This document shows positions 34,580 through 45,138 of a stretch of DNA of 64,000 bases, one piece after another. The notes under the pieces were generated by a model, which did no database searches, was not told the origin of the DNA, and saw only the letters and a program-made list of their open reading frames with translations. Both the position numbers and the translations under genes were made by a program. Every line of letters begins with the position of its first letter. Within the stretch, counting starts at the first letter, position 1. Origin of the DNA: Opitutales bacterium (GTDB lineage: Bacteria; Verrucomicrobiota; Verrucomicrobiia; Opitutales; JAFGAQ01); NCBI GenBank assembly GCA_022361075.1, contig JAKSBQ010000466.1, positions 7,680 to 71,679 on the forward strand, in the 5' to 3' direction.

Positions 34580-34798
34580 TATTTATGTTTTAAATAACAT
34601 TGGAAAACACAGAAAGCCTATGAGTTCAAATTCAACAAGCAAGTATCGAGATTTTGTTTGAAGCAAAAAGGTGTATTTCGCACAACCTCCCGATCCTTAC
34701 ATTTACAGACCACTCAGTAATCTAGTTTTTAATGCATCAACCTTAACAATGAAAAAAAAACGCCGAATATCAGTAATGAAACTTACCTAATCAATCCA

Positions 34799-36001
34799 AT
34801 GGAAAAATTAAACGTGCTATTCGTCGATGACGAAGAAAACCTCCTCCACGGTTTACGGCGCAGTCTCAGGCGAAAAGCCCTCGGCTGGGAAACTCGGTTT
34901 GCGAACAGTGGCGAAGAAGCCCTCAATTTGATGGGAGAATCACCTGCTGATGTCATCGTGACTGACATGCGAATGCCGGGCATGAATGGAGTGGAACTGC
35001 TTAAGGAAGTAAAAGCAAAGTATCCCAAAACTGTTCGCTTCATTCTATCGGGATTTTCCGATAAAGTATTGATCCTCGATTCTGTTGGTTTATGCCACCA
35101 GTTTTTTGCAAAACCTTGCGACATCGAACAACTACTCGAGGCCGTCAATTTCTCAAACAGCCTCTATGCCCAGCTCGGAGAAGAGAGATTACAAAAACTG
35201 ATCTGTGAGATCAAAAACCTTCCCACTCCTCCGGAGACCTACATGGCCATCAACAAAGAGCTCAAAAAAGAGGAGCCCTCAATTGAAAACGTAGCCGAGA
35301 TCATACGAAAAGATGCCTCCATCAGCGCAAAAGTATTGCAGCTGGTAAACTCCGCTTTTTTCGGAATCGGTACCGAAGTCACCGACATCGCCCAAGCCTC
35401 TTCTCTCCTCGGAACGGAGCATCTCAAGTCCATCATACTGATGATCGGAATCGCCGACGAATTCAGTAAAAGCGAAAATCCAGCATCACTTGATGCCTAT
35501 CGCAGACACTCACTGGAGGTGGCCACCGAGTGTGAACACATCGCAAAAGAACTCGGCTACAAATTTAATGAGGTGCAAACCTGCTTCACCGCTGGGTTAC
35601 TGCACGACATCGGAAAACTCGTGATGTTGTCGCATTTTAAAACCAAATACAGCGGTATCGAAGCTTTCAGACTGCAAACACCAGGGACTGAGGCAGTTCA
35701 GGACTTGGAATCTGAAGTATTTGGAACCAATCACGCTATAGTTGGCGCAGCGTTGCTCGCTTTGTGGGGACTACCTCCACAAGTGGTAAACGCCGTGGCA
35801 CACCACCACAAACCCGGCAAAATTTCACCCCAGGAGATCACCCTCGCTACGATTATCCATGTTGCGAATGCAGTCGTTTGGCACCGACATCATTCGGAAG
35901 ACGGAAATCTCAACGAATCTGATCTCATTGATCCAGATCATATCTCAAAATGCGGACTGACTGACAGCGTTCTGGGATGGTCCAACACCCCTAACTCTTA
36001 A
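34799..36001 (+). CDS. Response regulator: receiver + HDOD domain
   Basis: Receiver region VLFVDDEENLL...VIVTDMRMPGMNG. C-terminal HDOD pattern (NLPTPPETYMAINKELKKEEPSIENVAEIIRKDASISAKVLQLVNSAFFG ... GLLHDIGKLVM). Confidence 0.85.
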   Translation: MEKLNVLFVDDEENLLHGLRRSLRRKALGWETRFANSGEEALNLMGESPADVIVTDMRMPGMNGVELLKEVKAKYPKTVRFILSGFSDKVLILDSVGLCHQFFAKPCDIEQLLEAVNFSNSLYAQLGEERLQKLICEIKNLPTPPETYMAINKELKKEEPSIENVAEIIRKDASISAKVLQLVNSAFFGIGTEVTDIAQASSLLGTEHLKSIILMIGIADEFSKSENPASLDAYRRHSLEVATECEHIAKELGYKFNEVQTCFTAGLLHDIGKLVMLSHFKTKYSGIEAFRLQTPGTEAVQDLESEVFGTNHAIVGAALLALWGLPPQVVNAVAHHHKPGKISPQEITLATIIHVANAVVWHRHHSEDGNLNESDLIDPDHISKCGLTDSVLGWSNTPNS

Positions 36002-36011
36002 CTCAAAAAAT

Positions 36012-37160
36012 ATGAATGTAAAACCACGCGTACTCTGTGTAGATGACGAAAAAAACGTCCTCGACAGTTTTCGTCGTTTACTACGTAAAGATTTTGATCT
36101 CAACACCGCCACTTCGGGTGCAGATGGAATCGCATTAATAGAACAAAACGGACCCTATGCGGTCGTTGTTTCAGATTTTAAGATGCCCGGGATGAATGGT
36201 GTGGAGTTTCTCGCAAGAGCCAAAGAAATTGCACCGGATACGATCAGGGTCATGTTGACGGGCCAAGCAGAGGAAAACACTGCTGCACAGGCGATCAATG
36301 ATGGGAAGATTTTTCGATTTCTCAACAAACCGATCTCAAGCTCCTCATTCATCCAATGTCTTAAGGATTCGATCCGTCAATACGAACTCATCCACGCCGA
36401 ACGGGATATCCTTGAAAAAACCCTCAAAGGCAGCATCGAAGCAATGACAGATATCCTATCCTTGGCCAATCCTCTGGCATTCAGCCGAGCGGCACGGGTT
36501 CAGGAGTACTGTAAGCAGGTTGGGAGCGCCTTGGGGGTCGAGGATCTTTGGCAACTTGAAGTAGCCGCCATGCTGTCCCACCTCTGCTTCGTGACTATTC
36601 CCAAGGAAACTCTGGAGAAAAAGGAAAATGGAATCGGTCTGGATCCAGTCGAAATTCAGATGTTTGAAGATCTCCCTCAAATCACCAACAAAATCATCGG
36701 ACACATTGCCAGGCTCGAACCGATTTTGGAGATTATCAACAAGGCCCAATCGGATGATTCTCTCACAACCATTTCGATGAGCGATAACATTGCTGTGTGT
36801 GCGGCAATTTTCAGAACCATCATCCGCTTCGATGAGTTAATTGAAAAAGGCTACGGTAAACTCGAAGCGATTAAGGATTTAAACAACTACAAAACCCGCT
36901 ATCACCAGACAGTTCTCGATCAACTCAAGTCTATCAAGATCAGGGAACTTGGGGTACAGACCCGCAAAATCGGGATCAACCAAATCAGAGTCGGCATGGT
37001 CTTAAACGAGTCCATCAAAACAGCAGAAGGGCTGACAGTCGCGCCTAAAGGTTTCGTTGTGAACGAGCTCATCCGGCAGCTGCTCAAAAACTTATACCTG
37101 CAGGATGCTATCCCGGAGATCGTCGAAGTTCAAATCGATGACCGAGGTGAATCCAAATGA
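36012..37160 (+). CDS. Response regulator: receiver + degenerate HD-related output domain
   Basis: Receiver region VLCVDDEKNVL...VVVSDFKMPGMNG...FLNKP. The C-terminal helical domain resembles HD-GYP/HD-like regulators but has SH in place of HD (EVAAMLSHLCF). Confidence 0.7.
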   Translation: MNVKPRVLCVDDEKNVLDSFRRLLRKDFDLNTATSGADGIALIEQNGPYAVVVSDFKMPGMNGVEFLARAKEIAPDTIRVMLTGQAEENTAAQAINDGKIFRFLNKPISSSSFIQCLKDSIRQYELIHAERDILEKTLKGSIEAMTDILSLANPLAFSRAARVQEYCKQVGSALGVEDLWQLEVAAMLSHLCFVTIPKETLEKKENGIGLDPVEIQMFEDLPQITNKIIGHIARLEPILEIINKAQSDDSLTTISMSDNIAVCAAIFRTIIRFDELIEKGYGKLEAIKDLNNYKTRYHQTVLDQLKSIKIRELGVQTRKIGINQIRVGMVLNESIKTAEGLTVAPKGFVVNELIRQLLKNLYLQDAIPEIVEVQIDDRGESK

Positions 37161-37216
37161 CCTGAAGTGTTTCTGAATTGACTTAAATAGCTAATATTCC
37201 GGCCGATAATTTTTGT

Positions 37217-39208
37217 GTGGAGAAACTAGAACAGATGCAAAACTCATCTAAAGAAGCGATCTACAGCAGTATTCTCCAAGGAATTCCAATACCTGTATTT
37301 TACGAAGATGTGGATCGAGTCATTCTAGACTGCAACAAGGAGTTTCAAGACTGGGTGGAGCGCCCGAGAGAAGAGATCGTGGGCAAACCGATTCACGAAA
37401 TACTCCCTCCTTACATCAGAGAGAAGTGGATTGCTTCCAACCCTAAGGAAATGGCTTCGAAGGGCATTCAAAGATTCGAAATCGAATACGAGAAGGAAGA
37501 TGGACTAGTATTCTACTCCGTCCAAAAAAACAACGTCCAGGATGGTGAAGGAAAAATCGTAGGTCTGACCGGTACCATTACCGACCTCACCGAATACAAA
37601 CGAGCAATCGACAAACATTTAAAAGAGCATCAACTCATACGCACCCTTATCGATATCCTTCCCGCCTTCATCTATGCCAAAGACAAAGACAGCAAATTCC
37701 TCATCGCCAACCAAGTCATTGCGGGCTACATGGGCGCCAAAACCCCTGAAGAGCTCTTGGGAAAGTCGGATTTCGACTTTTTTCCGTACAAATACGCGAT
37801 GAAATACTTCTGCGACGAACAGGAGGTAATGAACACTGGAAGACCCAAAATTAACATCGAAGAAAAAACCTCCACAACCGAAGATGGAGGAGAAATGTGG
37901 CTCAACACCACAAAAGTCCCACTGAGAGATCATAACAGTGAAATTGTAGGTATCGTTGGTTCCGGCATTGACATCACCCAACGAAAAATCCTCACGGACC
38001 AACTGAAGGAACTGCAAGAAATCGTAAACAACAGCAGATCCTGCGCGTTTCTCTTGAAATCAAACGAAAACTGGGAGGTCACCTTCTGCACAGAAACCGT
38101 GTCACTTTTCGGATACGAACCTCAAGACTTCGGAAAAGAAGGTCACAAGTTCCTCGAAATCGTTCATCCAGAAGATGCTCACAAATTGAGGGAAAAAACA
38201 CTGGAAGCTTTCAAGGGTGAACAAAAAACTTTCACACAGGAGTATCGGATCAAACATAAGGATGGTGGTTTCATTTGGGTAGAAGATCACAAACACCTCC
38301 GAAAGTATGACGACGAAGAAGAGGTCTACACTTTCCAAAGTTTAATCACTGACATCTCTATTCGACACCAATACCAGGAGGAGCGGAATCAAATGGAATT
38401 GCAGCTTCGGCAGTCGCAAAAGCTTGAGGCCGTCGGCCAACTTGCCGCAGGAATCGCCCACGAAATCAATACGCCTATCCAATTCATCAGTGACAATCTT
38501 GATTTTCTTTCACAGTCCTTTGGAGAGGTTCTCGATTTCGTCAGTTTATCAGTCGACAAATACAAAGCCGACTCACGGGAGTGTCCGATTTCGAAGGATG
38601 ATGTCGATTATTATGTAGAAGAGATACCTTCTGCTATCAAACAGTCTCTTGAGGGAGCTAACCGAGTAAGAAACATCGTGAAAGCGATGAAAGAATTTTC
38701 CCATCCAGGCAATGGGAAAGTCATGCTTGAGGATATCAACACTGCGATAGAAAACACGGTGATTGTCGCCAAAAACGAATGGAAATACGTGGCGGATGTA
38801 GAACTTGAACTTGCGGAGAACATGCCGATGGTTCCGGTAGATATCGGCCCGTTCAAACAGACCATCCTCAATCTGATCGTGAACGCGTCTCACACGATTG
38901 AAGATCGGATAGCGCAAGGTGATTTCGAAAAAGGGAAGATTACGATCCACACTGAAATTAAAGGCGAAAACGCAGTCGTATCTGTTAAAGATACCGGGAT
39001 GGGAATGCCCAAAAAAGTAGCTCAACGAATATTCGATCCATTTTTCACAACCAAGGAAGTCGGGAAAGGTACAGGCCAAGGGATGTCGATGGCCTACGAC
39101 ATGATTGTTCGCAAACTAAAGGGTAATCTTCGTTTTAATACGCAAGAAGGAGTAGGAACCACGTTTTTCATCGAAATTCCTCTCGAAAAACGCGAGGAAG
39201 AAGACTGA
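37217..39208 (+). CDS. Cytoplasmic multi-PAS sensor histidine kinase
   Basis: No TM segment and three PAS-like blocks. H-box AAGIAHEINTPIQF, N-box NLIVNASHT, G-boxes DTGMGM and GTGQGMSM. The start may be GTG at 37217 or ATG at 37235. Confidence 0.85.
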   Translation: MEKLEQMQNSSKEAIYSSILQGIPIPVFYEDVDRVILDCNKEFQDWVERPREEIVGKPIHEILPPYIREKWIASNPKEMASKGIQRFEIEYEKEDGLVFYSVQKNNVQDGEGKIVGLTGTITDLTEYKRAIDKHLKEHQLIRTLIDILPAFIYAKDKDSKFLIANQVIAGYMGAKTPEELLGKSDFDFFPYKYAMKYFCDEQEVMNTGRPKINIEEKTSTTEDGGEMWLNTTKVPLRDHNSEIVGIVGSGIDITQRKILTDQLKELQEIVNNSRSCAFLLKSNENWEVTFCTETVSLFGYEPQDFGKEGHKFLEIVHPEDAHKLREKTLEAFKGEQKTFTQEYRIKHKDGGFIWVEDHKHLRKYDDEEEVYTFQSLITDISIRHQYQEERNQMELQLRQSQKLEAVGQLAAGIAHEINTPIQFISDNLDFLSQSFGEVLDFVSLSVDKYKADSRECPISKDDVDYYVEEIPSAIKQSLEGANRVRNIVKAMKEFSHPGNGKVMLEDINTAIENTVIVAKNEWKYVADVELELAENMPMVPVDIGPFKQTILNLIVNASHTIEDRIAQGDFEKGKITIHTEIKGENAVVSVKDTGMGMPKKVAQRIFDPFFTTKEVGKGTGQGMSMAYDMIVRKLKGNLRFNTQEGVGTTFFIEIPLEKREEED

Positions 39209-39212
39209 TCCC

Positions 39213-39986
39213 TTAGGAATTTTCCGAAGTTTCTCCGCTCGATTGTTTCATGGATTCTTCAAGCAAACGAATTGACTCTGCAGCGCGCTCGTGTCCTTGG
39301 TTACTTGCCTTTTGATACCAAAATAACGCTTCCTCAGGGTCGGTTTCCAAACCGCCTACTCCATACTCGTAGTGAAGCCCAAGATTATACTGCCCGTTCA
39401 CGTGGCCAGCCTCTGCGCATCTTTTGTAAAACTTAACAGCTTCCGTCTCACTTTTCTCTACCCCATAGCCTTTGGAATAACAGAAACCGACACAATAAAT
39501 GGATTCCATAAAATCCAAATCTGCAGCTTGATTGAAATACTGAAAAGCCAAATCCCAATCAGCGTCCACCTTCGAACCTTCAAAATACAAGATCCCCAGG
39601 TTGTGAGCAGCTTCGGGTTCGCCATTCGCCGCAGCGACCTTAAGCCAATGAAGCGCTTTTTCAATGTTCGCTTCCACTTGAGACTCAGTGAAATGAATGC
39701 CTAGATTCAAGGCTGCTTGGGGCTGCCCTGCTTCCGCAGCTTTGGAAAACCACTCCATTGCTTTTCCTTCGTCCTGGTCGACCCCCTGCCCAGTGTAGAG
39801 TAGATACGCGAGATTGCACATCGCATCGGGATGTTCTTGCTCGGTTGCCTTGGTATACCAAACCGCTGCTTCCGACAGATCGGACTCAACTTGCTCACCT
39901 TTTGCGTAGAGATTACCCATCTCGTACTGTGCGTTCGAATCGCCCTGATTCGCTTTTTCGCGGATTACTTCGATGGATTCACTCAT
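39213..39986 (-). CDS. Sel1-like repeat (SLR/TPR-family) protein
   Basis: Six to seven repeats of A..WY.KAAEQGH..AQ..LG..Y..G.GV..D. No signal peptide. It starts 32 nt after the flgL stop on the same strand. Confidence 0.8.
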   Translation of the reverse strand: MSESIEVIREKANQGDSNAQYEMGNLYAKGEQVESDLSEAAVWYTKATEQEHPDAMCNLAYLLYTGQGVDQDEGKAMEWFSKAAEAGQPQAALNLGIHFTESQVEANIEKALHWLKVAAANGEPEAAHNLGILYFEGSKVDADWDLAFQYFNQAADLDFMESIYCVGFCYSKGYGVEKSETEAVKFYKRCAEAGHVNGQYNLGLHYEYGVGGLETDPEEALFWYQKASNQGHERAAESIRLLEESMKQSSGETSENS

Positions 39987-40018
39987 GTTTTGTGGAGATT
40001 AATAAATTGGAAGATCTT

Positions 40019-40966
40019 TTATATATAGTTCAGAAGCGAAATATTCAAGATCCGGCTCGCACTAGCTAAAGCCGCTTGATAGGAGGTCTCCTGTTGTTTG
40101 ATGCGAACGGCAATTTCGGTGATGTCTGCCTGCACTTCCGCAGCGATTGCTTCGTCCAACTGATTGAAGAAATTGCGATCCGAATCTCGTGCGATGTCGA
40201 GCCTCATCTGTTTAGTGATTAAGTCTGAGGTGGCGATGACGAGTTGATCATCTGCCCTTTCGATTTCTGTTGCTGCCGTACGAGCAGCTGAAGCATCGTA
40301 GGGGGCAATCGTCTCATCGAACACGTTTCTTAAGTCCAATATCGCCTGCAACATCGCTTGAATATCGACATTATTCTCCGGATTAAGCCGAGCGGCGATT
40401 TTGGTGTTACTCCCAATGTAGGTCTCAGCCTCATCGAAGTTGGGATCGCTCCGGTCGGTGGGACTTCCGTTGTAACTGATCGTATCATCCGACGGATCAT
40501 TTGGAGTACCATTATCATCTATCGTGTAAGGATCTCCCGAATAATCGACTCCCGCAAACAGATATTCACCATCCTGTTTTCCATTTGCTAAATCCAATGC
40601 TTGATTGAGGATCTCATCAAGTTGTCGCTTGTTCCCCAGTATCTCAGCAGATGAAGTCGAGTCTCCGGTGGTTTCAAAGATTCCCAGAGCCAAATTACCG
40701 ATACTGCGGATTTCTTCCAAATGCAGTTCAGAGGTCCGAATCACGCCCTCCGCCAAAACATTATTAGTGTAATACTGGGACAATACCGATTTATCGGATT
40801 CCCGCCGGATGGTGCGGCCAACCACGGTGGGGTTGTCTTCCGGCAAGCTCACACTTCTGCCGCTCGAGAGTTGTCGCTGGAGATCAACCAGTGCTCTTTG
40901 ATTATTATTGATCTGTTGAACAAGACTTTCCTGTATCGAATTGGTGGCAACTCTTAGATCACTCAT
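40019..40966 (-). CDS. flgL: Flagellar hook-associated protein 3
   Basis: Flagellin-like N-terminus (RVATNSIQESLVQQINNNQRALVDLQRQLSSGR) and C-terminus (YQAALASASRILNISLLNYI). 315 aa, following flgK. Confidence 0.85.
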   Translation of the reverse strand: MSDLRVATNSIQESLVQQINNNQRALVDLQRQLSSGRSVSLPEDNPTVVGRTIRRESDKSVLSQYYTNNVLAEGVIRTSELHLEEIRSIGNLALGIFETTGDSTSSAEILGNKRQLDEILNQALDLANGKQDGEYLFAGVDYSGDPYTIDDNGTPNDPSDDTISYNGSPTDRSDPNFDEAETYIGSNTKIAARLNPENNVDIQAMLQAILDLRNVFDETIAPYDASAARTAATEIERADDQLVIATSDLITKQMRLDIARDSDRNFFNQLDEAIAAEVQADITEIAVRIKQQETSYQAALASASRILNISLLNYI

Positions 40967-40981
40967 AGGTTTCCTTTCTCA

Positions 40982-42511
40982 TTACCTCGCCAGTGAAACG
41001 ATGACTTCCAGCATCTCATCCATCACTTGAAGCACCCTCGCAGAGGCCTCAAAAGACTTTTGAAAACGGATGATATTGGCCAGTTCCTCATCAATGGAAA
41101 CCCCACTTACAGAAGCGCGCTGATCCTGTAGTTGGGAGTTTAATAAAGATTGATTCTCAAGGAGGTTTTCGGTCGAAGATACTTCGTAACCCAAATCGGT
41201 CGCCATTTCAGAGATGAACTCACCAAAGGTGTTACCTCTGAGATTTGAAGAGATGTTATCCCTTAACTCTGCAAGTGCCAGTGCCACTTCATTCGCGCCA
41301 GTATTGGTGGTATTAGTCGCTTTGAGCGTGGTAGAATTCAATGGTGTAATGACCGGACCAAAATCCCCGAGGGGATCTCCCGGGTAGAGCCTGATGTTAC
41401 CCGCAGTGATTGCCGACAAATCAATTGCATCAGGATTTTCATCATCATCAAAGAAAAATTCATTGTCACCCGGAGTGTCGTAGATGGTGCTCACCTCCGT
41501 TGCAAGTTGAACCGCCAGTGTATCGAGATCTTCTCTTATTTTAGCGAGAGGTCCGATCGCCTGACTGCCAGCACCTCCATGCGGGTCAGTCTCCGATCTT
41601 ACGAAAATCAAACCGTGCAAAGATCCGCCTTCAATATCCATCGCCGTCGAGTTTGGGGAATTCCCCAACGGACTTGTGGTGTAATTGCTAAAATAAACTT
41701 CATTACTGGCTTCGTTGAAGCGAATCTCATTTCTGACGGAGGTTTTTTCTACAAGAACCACTTCGGTACCTCCGCCAGCGCTCTTATCCATCGCAAAAAC
41801 TGTGAGCTGTCCGGAGTCATCTTCACGGGTTTCAAAATTGATGTACTGCGCGAGTTCTTCCAGTTTCTGCTGCCTCAAGTCTCTGAATTCGAGTGCACCA
41901 CCAGGTCTGCTGAGTTCGATTTTGGAAATCTCTTTGTTCATACTCGCGATCTCTGTCAGGATCGAGTTGACCTCCACCACATTCTCTTCGACGTTCCGAA
42001 TCACGTCCTCATCCAAATTCTCAAAATCCCTTGACAAAGTGTTCATGCGATTCACGAGAACCTCCGCTTGCGCGATCACTGCTGCTTTAGTAGGTACATC
42101 GTTCGGGTTCGTGCTCAAAGAGTGCAGCGAATTAAAAAAGTCATCCAGCGCAGTCGATAAACCCGGGTTGAGATTGTCGCCGGGGTTGGAGCCTTCCAAG
42201 GTGTCCGGACTGGCAACATCTCCGGTGATCTGCTCTCCAAATATCACCTGCAACTGCTTATAAATCTTGTTTTGTGCGCTTAAACTACCCGTGACCGATG
42301 TTTCTCTAACAATCTTATCGTCGATAATCGCATCCCTCTGCTGAGTAATGGTTGATTCCGATATTCCCCCGGATATTCCAAACTCAACCCGTTGACGTGA
42401 ATAATTAGTGTTATTCACGTTGGCCATGTTTTTACCAGCCGTCTCAATCGCGACCTGATTCGCTTTGAGAGAGTTCGTTGTGGCTAAGATACTTCCAAGA
42501 AGTCCGGACAT
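40982..42511 (-). CDS. flgK: Flagellar hook-associated protein 1
   Basis: N-terminus MSGLLGSILATTNSLKANQVAIETAGKNMANVNNTNYSRQ and C-terminus VSIDEELANIIRFQKSFEASARVLQVMDEMLEVIV. 509 aa. Confidence 0.9.
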   Translation of the reverse strand: MSGLLGSILATTNSLKANQVAIETAGKNMANVNNTNYSRQRVEFGISGGISESTITQQRDAIIDDKIVRETSVTGSLSAQNKIYKQLQVIFGEQITGDVASPDTLEGSNPGDNLNPGLSTALDDFFNSLHSLSTNPNDVPTKAAVIAQAEVLVNRMNTLSRDFENLDEDVIRNVEENVVEVNSILTEIASMNKEISKIELSRPGGALEFRDLRQQKLEELAQYINFETREDDSGQLTVFAMDKSAGGGTEVVLVEKTSVRNEIRFNEASNEVYFSNYTTSPLGNSPNSTAMDIEGGSLHGLIFVRSETDPHGGAGSQAIGPLAKIREDLDTLAVQLATEVSTIYDTPGDNEFFFDDDENPDAIDLSAITAGNIRLYPGDPLGDFGPVITPLNSTTLKATNTTNTGANEVALALAELRDNISSNLRGNTFGEFISEMATDLGYEVSSTENLLENQSLLNSQLQDQRASVSGVSIDEELANIIRFQKSFEASARVLQVMDEMLEVIVSLAR

Positions 42512-42532
42512 GAGAAAATGGGTTAACAGTGT

Positions 42533-43045
42533 CTACGCAGAGGTCTTCAAAGTGCTCTGACTGTAGGGCTTGATTTGGCTTTTCCCCTTAGCTCCATAGG
42601 TTTTTACCTGAGTCTGCGGGCTCACTTGCTGCAACAACTCGTAAGTGTACTGCATCGCCCTAGCGAGGAGCATGTGGTTCTGTTTTGCCCTTCGGTTGGA
42701 TCGGGAAATTGACGTGTTGATCTCGTCCACCAAAGCTTCAATCAGTGGTTGGGCCTCCTTAGGAAACGACGGAATCAAACTCTTGAGATCCGTATCAGGC
42801 TCACGACCAAAACGCAGCGCGAAGTCTCTTACTAACTGCTCTCTCTCGGCTCGGAGGCCAGAGGTGGCTGCAACCTGATGCTCGATTTCCTCAGCGAGCT
42901 CCATGTATTCGGTCATGTTGCGGTCAAGGATTGCACGTTGTTGTTTATCAATCGACACACAGAGTCCTCCATATTCCTGGAGTTCCATGCGAAGAGCTTC
43001 CACCAACGATTTCCAATTGATTGTGGCTATCTGCGTGTCATTCAT
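42533..43045 (-). CDS. flgN: FlgN-like flagellar export chaperone
   Basis: 170-aa helical protein located between the rod-binding protein and flgK, with a FlgN-like heptad pattern (LVEALRMELQEYGGLCVSIDKQQRAILDRN). Confidence 0.6.
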   Translation of the reverse strand: MNDTQIATINWKSLVEALRMELQEYGGLCVSIDKQQRAILDRNMTEYMELAEEIEHQVAATSGLRAEREQLVRDFALRFGREPDTDLKSLIPSFPKEAQPLIEALVDEINTSISRSNRRAKQNHMLLARAMQYTYELLQQVSPQTQVKTYGAKGKSQIKPYSQSTLKTSA

Positions 43046-43398
43046 GACGCATCCGTTTCCTTTGTTTTAAGATTAGTAGACAATTGTGATTGGAGGGCAC
43101 TGGAGATTCCAATGCCCTCACCTTTCGAAAGTGTTTGGGCCAGCACATCTGTGAAATAGCCTCTGTAAATATCTTGCGCGACACCGTCCTCGCTAATCGC
43201 GCCGCCTTGGATCACCGGTTTCATCGCATCTTTTAGAAACTGCCGAACCAAGGTGGACTCAAACTCCGTCGCGGTGATCTCCAATTTCTGGGAATCCGAC
43301 ATATGATCCATCTGCAACATGCTCTTCCACTCGGAGGGATCGAGCATAATTGGCGACTGATGACTGTGAATAGCATCCATATTTAAATTATTGAACAA
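43042..43398 (-). CDS. flgJ: Rod-binding protein (FlgJ N-terminal domain only; no muramidase domain)
   Basis: ATEFESTLVRQFLKDAMKPV...DIYRGYFTDVLAQTLSKGEGIGIS matches the Rod-binding domain pattern. Only 118 aa. Confidence 0.7.
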   Translation of the reverse strand: MFNNLNMDAIHSHQSPIMLDPSEWKSMLQMDHMSDSQKLEITATEFESTLVRQFLKDAMKPVIQGGAISEDGVAQDIYRGYFTDVLAQTLSKGEGIGISSALQSQLSTNLKTKETDAS

Positions 43399-44488
43399 TC
43401 AGCTCTGCCTGAAGAGCCCCCGCTTGTTTAAGAGTTTGGAAAATAGACATCATTTCCCGCGTGGAAACTCCGAGCGCATTCAACGCATTGGTAAGTCGTT
43501 CGATGGATGGGTATTCGTCCAGTATTTCGAACCCACCCTGGAATTCGGTGACCTGCACATCAGAATCCGGTAAAATTACCGTTTCCCCATCGCTAAAGGC
43601 GTTCGGCTGCACGGCGTCGAGGTCCGAAGCAATCGTGATCGTGATGGCACCGTGACTGATCGCCACTCTTGAAACCCGAACTTCGTTAGTTGCAACAATC
43701 GTCCCGGTGCGCTCATTGATGACGACTCTCGCCGGTGTGTCTGGATTTGCCTCAAGACTTCCAATCGCAGCAATAAAATTCGTCTCTTGCCCCTGGAATC
43801 CGTTGGGAATTCTCACTTGAACCGAAGCTCCATCCACCGCTTGTGCTATGCCCGGGAAAAGATCGTTGATCGACTTCGCGATCCGCGCGGCAGTGGTGTA
43901 ATCAGGATGCAACAACATCAAATTAATGCGATTCTGCTTCACGATCGTCGAGGTGATCCGGCGTTCCACGATCGCACCGCTGCTGATGGTTCCCACCGTC
44001 GGGTGATTCTTCTGCACGGAGGCCCCACCAGCCCCGCCGTCACCTTCGAGAAAACCTCCAACCGCAATCGGCCCCTGAGCCACCGCGTAAACCACATCAT
44101 CTGCTCCAACAAGTGGAGTTTGCAAAAGTACACCTCCATTGATCGAATCCGCATCACCGATGGATGACACGGTTACATCGATACGAGATCCGGGACGAGC
44201 GTAGGCCCCAATCTCTGCGGTTATCATCACCGCAGCCATGTTATCGCCCTGAATGGAAGTCGGATCGACGACTACACCAAATCGCTTAAGAAAGTTCGAA
44301 ACACTCTGCACCATGTAGCTGAGCTGACTGTCACCGTCACCTGCTAGACCTACCACGATTCCATATCCGATCAATTGATTCGAACGGTCACCCTCAATTT
44401 GAGTAAGGTCTTTAATTCGCGTGGCTTGCAGCGACACACAACCTAGAGCCACCCAAACAACAAACAATACTGAAAAGACTCTGCGCAT
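43388..44488 (-). CDS. flgI: Flagellar P-ring protein
   Basis: The start is MRRVFSVLFVVWVALGCVSLQA (CAT 44486-44488). RIKDLTQIEGDRSNQLIGYGIVVGLAGDGD and the C-terminal ALGVSTREMMSIFQTLKQAGALQAELIV are canonical FlgI. Confidence 0.95.
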   Translation of the reverse strand: MRRVFSVLFVVWVALGCVSLQATRIKDLTQIEGDRSNQLIGYGIVVGLAGDGDSQLSYMVQSVSNFLKRFGVVVDPTSIQGDNMAAVMITAEIGAYARPGSRIDVTVSSIGDADSINGGVLLQTPLVGADDVVYAVAQGPIAVGGFLEGDGGAGGASVQKNHPTVGTISSGAIVERRITSTIVKQNRINLMLLHPDYTTAARIAKSINDLFPGIAQAVDGASVQVRIPNGFQGQETNFIAAIGSLEANPDTPARVVINERTGTIVATNEVRVSRVAISHGAITITIASDLDAVQPNAFSDGETVILPDSDVQVTEFQGGFEILDEYPSIERLTNALNALGVSTREMMSIFQTLKQAGALQAELIVQ

Positions 44489-44489
44489 A

Positions 44490-45128
44490 TCAGAAAGGGT
44501 TGATTTTATCGACAAAACGAGTGAACCAGCCCTTGCGCTGGACGTCTCCCACTGCTCCTCGTGAGACAAACTGGATCTGCGCATTCGCGACTCGATTAGA
44601 GCTCACGGTATTGGTAGTCACATCGATATCTAAAGGTCTCACGATCCCCTGAAATACGATATGCCGACTCTCCCCAGAAAAATTGATTTGGCGCATCCCT
44701 TCCACAACCAGATTGTGGTTTGGCAACACATCAATGACCGCCACAGGGATTTGGGCCGAGACGATGTTCATGCTGTCACTGACTGCACTGGGCGTCGTTT
44801 GATACTCACCCTTCAAAATGTCTGAAAACGCAACAGTCTGCCCGTCCAATCGATCCCAGTCGATGGAGTCAAACAACACGCCCGCTAGGTCCACCAGCGC
44901 CGAGTCTTTGGATCCTGTATCGATCGATTGAGTTGAGTTAAAATCGATGACCTCACTCACCGCAACCGTGAGAATGTCGCCCACACGATAAGCAATTTTG
45001 GACGAATACATGCTACGCTCAGTGTTGCCTTTGAGCCAAAGCGACTCCGCATTCAAAGCACCACCAAGGCTAACCATCGCAATCACCGCGAAAAGTGCGT
45101 TTCTGGAATTGATTTTTGTGAAGATCAT
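44490..45128 (-). CDS. flgH: Flagellar L-ring protein (no lipobox cysteine)
   Basis: SLWLKGN...AYRVGDILTVAVSE...NHNLVVEGMRQINFSGESRHIVFQGIVRPLDI...NRVANAQIQF. The entire 212-aa sequence contains no Cys. Confidence 0.9.
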   Translation of the reverse strand: MIFTKINSRNALFAVIAMVSLGGALNAESLWLKGNTERSMYSSKIAYRVGDILTVAVSEVIDFNSTQSIDTGSKDSALVDLAGVLFDSIDWDRLDGQTVAFSDILKGEYQTTPSAVSDSMNIVSAQIPVAVIDVLPNHNLVVEGMRQINFSGESRHIVFQGIVRPLDIDVTTNTVSSNRVANAQIQFVSRGAVGDVQRKGWFTRFVDKINPF

Positions 45129-45138
45129 ACGCCAGCTC

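Noticed and set aside
39213-39986. Sel1-repeat protein as a MotX-like T-ring component
   Set aside because: MotX is periplasmic with a signal peptide. This protein starts MSESIEVIREKANQGD with no signal sequence.
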